Made by a program: the position numbers and the translations under genes
Shown: positions 49,202-64,000 of the stretch, in pieces
How the letters are laid out: every line of letters starts with the position of its first letter
Numbering within the stretch: the first letter of the stretch is position 1
Notes under the pieces: generated by a model
What the model was told of the DNA's origin: nothing
The model's input: only the letters and a program-made list of their open reading frames with translations
The model's database searches: none
Origin: Lama guanicoe
Taxonomy: Eukaryota
DNA: 64,000 nucleotides
Direction of reading: 5' to 3'
NCBI GenBank assembly: GCA_013239625.1
Contig: MU053588.1
Location: forward strand, 2,676,508-2,740,507

Positions 49202-50457
49202 AGTTCCTTTCTAGACCCTGGTCTGGCCCAGGGCAGGGCCTAGCGTGAGTGTGACAGTGTCCATCATTGTGAGTAAGGGGTGGGGATGAGGAGGGTCCAC
49301 CCCTCCCTTGAGGCTAGGCGGGAGCTGAAAAACACGGCCCCCGCCCACCCTGGCTGCTGACATCAGTAGCAGATGTGGAGATGGGGGGGAGGGGAGCGGT
49401 CCTGGGCCTCACTTCCGGTGAGGCTGATGTGGATGGGGAGGGCAGGCCTGGGGCTGGGGTTGGAGGGGTGGAGGGCCTCAGTTAGGGAAAGCCTGAAGGT
49501 GACCCCTCCACGCCCTGGGCGCTCTCCCAAACTAAAAGTAGATGCTGAAACAGGAACCCTCACTCTACCCTCACTCTGGCCTCTTCTGCCACCCTTTCCC
49601 TCCTTTCTCTTCGTAAGGAAGCCAGAAGCATCTTTTTACTTGTCAGTCAGTTATCTACGAAGGAAGTGTTCAGACCCACGATAGTAGAATAGTGCGATGA
49701 ATCTCTGGGCCCTTGACCCAGCCTCATTGGATAACCATCCAATTTCTGCTAATTTTATTTTGTCAATCACAATCTTCCGATTATTTTAATGCAAATCTCA
49801 GAAAATAATTGAATACACATTTCTAATAGTAAAAGGACATTTTCCCCCTGACATTTTATGAGGACAATTTTCAAAGTTGAGGGGATTCTACGGGAAGGCC
49901 CATGGGCCACCTCTGGATTCTCTCACGGCAGTTTGCCACGTGTATTAGCACATTTCTAGCCACCTGCCCATCCAGCTCATTTTTTTAGGCATTTCAAAAT
50001 AAATTACAGACATCTGTCTCTGAATGTTTTAGCAATGCTTCGTTAGCTTTTTTTTTTTTTTAATTTTCCACGATGTTATCACTTTATTTTTTGGCTTAAG
50101 TTCTATAGAGGTAGCACAGAACAGTGATATAATAGAAAACAGACGAGCTTGGGATCAGACCCTGACTTTGCCACTTTCTAGCTAATGACTCCTTCACTGA
50201 GGGTTGAGCATCTAAAAGACCAAATTTAAAAGAAGAGATGTGAACAATTCTGGAACTTAATAGGAACGAAATACACGTTAAGTTCTTGAATTTATTATTG
50301 TTACTGCTTTTCATATGTCTGTGATGTGAAAAGGAATAAATGAGGTTTCAGGTTTCCTCCTTTTGAATTAAGGCAATGACTTGCTTTCCTTTGTGCTCAA
50401 AATTCACACCCAGGGAAATTTGGGATCAGAAATACCAGCAAACAGGTGGGGAAAGCA

Positions 50458-50620
50458 GGGGAGGATTTAACTCAGTGGTAGAGCACGTGCTTAGCATGCA
50501 GGAGGTCCTGGGTTCAATCCCCAGCACCTCCAAATAAATAAATAAATACCTAATTACGCAACCCCCCAAGAAAATAAAGTAAAAAAAAGAATTTTTTAGT
50601 AAAAGAATTTTTAAAAAAGA
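50458..50620 (+). mobile_element. tRNA-derived SINE (Vic-1-like)
   Basis: ggggaggatttaactcagtggtagagc...gggttcaatcccc. Confidence 0.85.
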
Positions 50621-51524
50621 AATAGCAGCAACCTCATTTAATAAGGAAGGATGGAACTAGAACTGTATCAAAATGAAAGTTGACATGAGTTAAGATGATT
50701 CGAGTAGCAAGCAAAAGAAAGCATAAACTCAAAATGGCTTAACCAGTAATTATTGGACCCCAAAGTAAAAGTATTTACAATTAGTAGGGTCTTCAGGGTT
50801 ATTCTGGGGGAGGGTTTAAAATATACATAGCATAATATTTCTCATTCTCACCACTTGTAAGTGTACAACTCAGTGGCATTACATACATTCACAATGTATA
50901 ACTATCAAACTGTCTATACCCCAAACTTTCATTACCCCCCAGCAAATACTCAACTTATTTAAACAATAACTCCCCCTTTACAATTCACTTTTTAAAAGTC
51001 ACAACCATAATATTTATTTCCACACCTATTACAATTCCCAGTTTTGCAGTGTTAGTGTTCACAGCCAGTTTCCCTGGCTGTCCCAGAAATGTATTTCATA
51101 GTCAAGTTTGTTCAAATTAGAACCCAAAGGTTCACCATGCAGTGCCTTCGTTTGAACACATAGGTCTTCTAAATCTATAACCAGTCCCCAACCTTTTGTA
51201 TGCCACTTATTTCTTAAAGAAACTGGGTTATTTGCCCTATGCAGTTTTTCACATCCTGTCTTTGGCTGATGGCCTCTTTGGGGTGCCACTCAAGATGTCT
51301 TTCCATTGTCTGGAATTCCCTGTAAAATGGGAGTTAGACCAGATTCGGGCTCATTCTGGCAAGAACTGCTCACATCATATCTCAATAATAAATGGTCCCA
51401 TATAGCGTGTCCAGGTCCTGATCCCTCTTAGAAAGTTTCCCATCAACCTTTCACTTACTGGCCTTAGCAAAGGGATCCTTTAAAACCAAATCAAATCAGG
51501 TCTCTCCCCTGCTCAAAGCCCCGC

Positions 51525-52495
51525 AGTGGGGCACCCTTGTGCACTGCTGGTAGCAAAATAAATTGGTGCAGCCACTATAGAAAACAGTACGGAGTTTCCT
51601 CGAAAAATTAGAATTGTCAAATGACCCAGCAATCTCATTTCTTGGTATACATCCAAAGGAAACACATCAGTATCTCAAAGAGATCTCTGCAGTCCCATGT
51701 CCATGGCAGCATTATTCACAATAGCCAAGATACAGAAACCATCTAAGAGTCTGTCAGCAGATGATTGGATAAAGAAAATGACATAGCTATGTAACAGAAT
51801 ATTATTCAGTCATAAAAAAGAAGGAAATCCTGCCTTTGGTGACAAACGTGGATGGACCTTGAAGGCATTATGCTAAGTGAACTAAGTCAGACACAGAAAG
51901 ATAAATACTGCATGATCTCACTTATATGTGGAATCTAAAAAAGCCAAATTCATAGAAACAGAGGGATGTAATGTACAGCATGGTGACTATAGTTAATAAC
52001 ACTATATTATAGAACATTGGAAATTTGCTAAGAGAGTAGATCTTAAAAGTTCTCTTAAAACGAGAGAAAAACATTTGTAACTGTGTAGTGATTGATGTTA
52101 ATAGACTTATTGTGATCATTTCACAATGTATAAAACGCTGAATTGCTATGTATACCTGAACCTAATATAATGTTCTACGTCAGTTATAGCTCAATAAAAA
52201 TTAATAATTAATAAGTTAAATTAAAAAAACAAAAGAATAGTGGTTGCCCAGGGCTGGGGGTGGGAGAAATCAGGAGACGCTGGTTAAAGGGTACACATTT
52301 TTTAGTTATAAGATGAAGTTCTGGCTCTACTGTACAGCATGACAGCTATAAGTTAATCGTGTGATGTATACTTGAAATTTACTAAGAGTAGATCTTAAAT
52401 GTTCTCACCATACGCACCAAAAATGGTAACCGAGGTGATGGATGTGTTAACTAAGTTAATTGTGGTAATCATTTCACAGTCTGTACATGTATATC
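51525..52495 (+). mobile_element. L1MA-like 3' end, apparently with a second L1 3' end nested
   Basis: aattggtgcagccactatagaaaacagt...ggcattatgctaagtgaa; block tgtacagcat..gagtagatcttaaa occurs twice (near 51972 and 52331). Confidence 0.8.
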
Positions 52496-53779
52496 AGGAG
52501 GAGGCCCTGAGGCCCGTGAGCCAGGGATAAGAGCCAGGTGGACACCAGGGGGCATGAGGTAAGCAGTTTGGGAGTTTATCTTGGAAGGTTTGAGGCCAAG
52601 GAGGGAAAGGGTTTGATTTGGGATTGAGACACATTCCTCCTGTTGTTTGGCAGATTAGAGGGAAGGAGAGTGGCGGCCCGGGAGGAGGCGAGAGGAGGCC
52701 AGAGGAGAGGACCAAGCTGGAGCAGGGTGAGGTAACCAGCAGGAGGGCAGGATGAGGCGGGAGAGCGCTTTGTGAATCGAATCCCCCATGGCACCTGGAA
52801 ACCTATTGCAGGGTGGAGGGTATCCAAGAAGACCCTGAGGGTTGGGGCTGGGTGACAGGATCTAGGTACTGAGGCTGTCACTGCAGTGGGACACAAATGA
52901 TACAGCTTCAGGGAAGCTAATGGTGAAAAGCCCTAAGTGGCAGGTTGAGAGCTGGGAGCTCACTTGGAGGGCAGCAGGGGAGCTGAGGTTAAGCAGAGAA
53001 GGGACAGGGTCAGATCTGAGTTTCAGAAATATCCCTCTGCTTAAGAATGGGAGATGGACTGGAGGGAGGAAAAGTGGAGGTGAGGAGGCCAGGGAGGAAG
53101 CCAGAGCAGGGTCCTGGTGGGAAAGGATGGGGCTGGACTCCATGAGGTGGGGAGAAGAGGCAGGTGCGAGAGACATGGGCAGGTGGAGAGGAGAGGAGTT
53201 TGTAAGGAGCTATAGGGATGCCAGTGCACAAACAGAACGGCCAAGAGCAGAGAGATGGTGCCCAGCCCCCTCTTGCAGGCACCCAGGCTTGAAGAGACCC
53301 CGTTCCATATGCGCAACACACAGGGGCAAGGAGATGGACAAGCAGGAGAACCAACACACAGGCATCGGATCTGCAAGGATCAGGGCACACAATCCACCAG
53401 AGGGAGACAGCAATGCCAGTGCACAGGGAGACATACAGATGAGATGCAAAAAAAATCAAGGGCACCTTGTCAGCTGTCGTCACCACGTGCAAAGAACTGC
53501 ACGTGCACTGCCCTGGGACACCCGCCCTGTAGCCTGCCAAGTGGGCGCTGTTCTTACTCCCACCTTACAGATGGACACACCAAGGCTCAGGGAGGCCAGT
53601 TACTTGTAAGATCACACAGTTAGTAGCAGAAACAGGATTCCAACCCTGGTCAACTCAACCCCCGTGAGTGTCCCTCCACTGGTGTCCTGTTTCTGGGCCC
53701 ATGTGGGTCTTCTTTATAGGAGGATCCACGTCTCCCTGAGTGTAGCCCGGGGATGCCCATGAGGCCGTGTCCTGGTTTC

Positions 53780-53885
53780 TGAGGTTTCTCCAGGAATGGA
53801 GTTCCAGACCCAGCTTGTCTGAGTGTGGGCCAGCAGCGTGCCCCTGCGTGTCTCCTCCTGTCCAGCCTCCATGTGTGGATGACAT

Positions 53886-53936
<51 letters not shown>

Positions 53937-54535
53937 TGTGTGTCCTTGTCGAGGAGCCCTGAGTGTGAGGGGGAGTGCCTGGCTGGGCTGGGCTGGGGGT
54001 GGAGGCATGGTGGGGGGGGTCGCAGAGGGGAGTGGAGTTCTGGAGGAATGTTTACCAGACACAGAGAGAGCCCAGAGGGACAGCGCCCAGAGCTGGGACA
54101 GAGAGACACACAGCTTCCCTGCCTCCCTGGCTCAGGATCAGGGGCCCCTTCCCACTCCTCAGCCTCCCTCCAGGGCCCCTTTAAGACAGAGCTGGTCTTC
54201 TTTTCTCCACTTTAACCCCTTGAAGTCCAGGTGGCCCCTTGGGCTCCGGCCGGTGGTGGGCGGAGGCAGGGGGGGAGCCAGGGGCGGGGAAAGGGTTGCC
54301 CGAAGTCTGGGAGGGAGAGAAGAAGGCAAAGGAGGCAGGGGAGCAGGGAAGGCGGCCGCCGAGCAGAGCCGGCAAGGGGCCCCCCTGCCGTGCCAGGCGG
54401 GCAGTGCCAAATCCAGGGAGCCCGGGGTTGGGGGGAGGGCCGAGGGCCGGGGACAACCCGGCCCTGCCCCCTCCCCCGCGGGGTGCCCAGCAACTTCTGA
54501 GGAAAGTTTGGCATTGATTGCTCGGTGCCCCGAGG
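53780..54535 (+). promoter_or_regulatory. AXL GC-rich TATA-less promoter and 5' UTR
   Basis: GC boxes (GGGCGG near 54258 and 54282), TEAD-type GGAATG at 53793 and 54045, FOX-type TGTTTAC at 54049, many G-tracts directly upstream of exon 1. Confidence 0.75.
53886..53942. repeat. (GA)n(GT)n microsatellite in the AXL promoter
   Basis: Direct inspection. Confidence 0.95.
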
Positions 54536-61680
<7,145 letters not shown>

Positions 61681-64000
61681 GTGAGACCTCAGACTTTCCT
61701 TGCCTGGATCTCAGCCCTCTTTCCATTCACAGCCACAAGCCCCATCCTCTCCCTGGGAAACCGGCTGCTCCCAGCCATTCGTATGTTGAGAGGCAGTGGA
61801 GCCTCCAGTTAAGCCAGATGTCCTGGATTCAAATCCTAGCTCTGCCAGCTGCTGGCTGCAAGAGCTTGGGCAGGTGACTTAACCTCCTTGAGTCTCAGTT
61901 CTCTCATCTATAAAATGGGCATAATGGTAGTACCTACCTGGTAGCCTGGCTGTGGGAATTCAATGAGTGAATGCAATGAGTATCCGGGACTTAGGACGCA
62001 TGTAATAGACTTAGCTGCTTTCATTTTTTTTTAGTGTTAATGATATTGACTCTAGCTGGAATGGGAACCATGAGAGAGCAGGGCCCCGAGCCATCTCTGT
62101 CTTCACTGGGTACCCACAGCCCTGGGCTTCTCCGTCCCAGCCCTGAAGCACCCTGGGTTGTCTCTGTCTGGGAGTGAGTCTGTCTCCCCACTGGACTGTG
62201 AGCTCTAGGAGGGCAGGTGGCTGGGCTGGTTCAGCCACCACTCGGTCCCCATTATGGCCCAGCCCAAGGCCAGACATTGAGGAGGGAATGTTTGCTGGAA
62301 GAACACCTGACAGTTTGAGATGGACTGGACCCAGCCTTCGACACTGAAGTTGCTCCTAGTCTCAAGTAAGAAAAACCAACCCCCACAGATCTCTGAATAC
62401 AAAGTCCAGTTCTGGCCTGAAGTTTTCTGAGGTTTGAGAGTTTAAATGAGGACGGGACAGGGCCTGTGAAGGAGATGACAGTAACTAATAATGACCAACT
62501 CTGAGTGCCAGCTGTGTGCTAGGCCTCATGTTACAGCTTCGCACACACCCCCTCAAGTGTTTGTGAAATAGGGTCTGTGGATACGCCCATTTTCTGGATG
62601 AAGAAACGAAGACTCAGAGTAATTAAATGGCTTGCCCAAGGTCACAGCCAGGAAATGGCAGAGATGGGATTCGAACCCCTGTATCACGAAACCCAAAGGC
62701 CCCCCCTACCTCCTTAAAGACTGTTTAGAGCCAGTGCTTGATGAAACAGGAGCCCTGGCCTGGAGACAACTCATTCACTTGTCATTTTAACCCCAGAAAC
62801 CAGCATCTGTTAATCTTCCCATTTTCAAGGTAAGGAACTGAGGCCCAGAGAGAGGGAAGTGACCAGCCCTCCTCAGTGGCTAAAAAGGACAAAACCTATT
62901 CAATTCCAGAGGCTGGGCTGATTTGGGGAGACCTCAAATGCCGGGTCAGACTCCAGCTGTACCCCTCAACCCACATCCATCCAGTGTCTGTCAGAAAGCA
63001 GAAGTGTGTCCTCTTCCCTCTCCGGGTCTCACTTCCTGCTGTGCATGGGCTTGGGGCTAAGGGTTCAAATGAGAGGGTTACAGCCATCCTATGGAAAAGA
63101 GAAAAGAGAAGTGGGAGTGGGCAGGGGGCGGCTGACTGTCTGCACTCATGTCCCCTCTTTCCTGGCAGAGGTTCCCCTTCCTGTCTGTCGCTGTGGGTCA
63201 GAGAGCAGGCTTGGAGACAGCCTCCCCCAGCCTCCTACCAACCATCTGCTCATCACCTCCCCAGGTCTTGTGGTGGTGTCATCTCCCCACGTGGGGGCTG
63301 TGTGACTTTGGGCAAGCTGCTGAACCTCTCTGTGCCTCTGTTTTCTCATCTGCAAAATGGGACTAGAAAAAAGAAATTGACCCCATAGGGTGGTGATAAA
63401 AAGTCAATGAGATCATCCAGGAATGTGCTTGGCAAGCTGCTTGGTACACAGTTGGCCCTCAAATGTCAGCTGTTGACAGGATGTGCCCACCTGTTTACGT
63501 GCATTGTGTCATTAAACCTCACAGTTTGATAGGTAAGGACTCTTGGAAGACCGTTTTCCAGAGATGACAACTGAGACTCAGGGAGGTTAAGACACTCAAT
63601 CTGGTCACACAGCAAACAATATCCAAGCCAAGACTTGGACCCGAGGAATCTGGCTTCAGAGTCTTAAGCAGTAAACTCCTTCCTAACACACTGTGCCGTG
63701 TGGTTGGGTCTCCTGGGTGTTCCCCAGGGTGAAGGCAGCAATCCTGAGCTGTGTGGCTGTAGGTTGGGGGACTGTGACGGATTTGCGGTTCTGTGGGGAA
63801 GGGCTGTACAGACGTCTTCCTCCACTGTGGCCCCTGCCATCCTGATGGTGCCAGTCCTGGGGACAAGGTGGGTGTACCAGCCTGTGCCACTGTGCAGGGT
63901 GTGCCAAGTTTGACACTCGTTGCCAGACAAGCTCGCACATACGAAGTAGTTAATGACAAACACTCAATGGGCATAGACACTTCTACAGTCTTACGAGCAT

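Overview
Mammalian (eutherian) genomic DNA, most likely camelid: it carries about 16 copies of a tRNA-derived Vic-1-like SINE. The window covers the distal end of the CYP2ABFGST cluster and the start of AXL, matching the human 19q13.2 order CYP2S1-AXL. (1) A complete 9-exon CYP2S1 lies on + (ATG 37604 to TGA 48170, 495 aa, all introns GT-AG, AATAAA at 49196). (2) AXL coding exons 1-6 lie on + (ATG 54536) and the gene continues past the window end. (3) A decayed CYP2-family pseudogene lies on + at about 2.3-13.2 kb, with recognisable exons 1, 7, 8 and 9. Its exon 7 is split by a solo LTR with a 4-bp TSD, and I cannot assign it to a subfamily by eye. Also present are a U6 snRNA retrocopy in CYP2S1 intron 2, two inverted solo LTRs of one family, many L1/L2/MIR/MaLR/ERV relics, microsatellites, an assembly gap (11477-11662), two strong divergent CTCF motifs, and candidate AhR (XRE) and AP-1/TEAD enhancers. 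Most ORF-track entries are spurious (repeats, microsatellites, GC-rich DNA). I found no wholly new biological system; the unassigned CYP2 pseudogene is the best novelty candidate.
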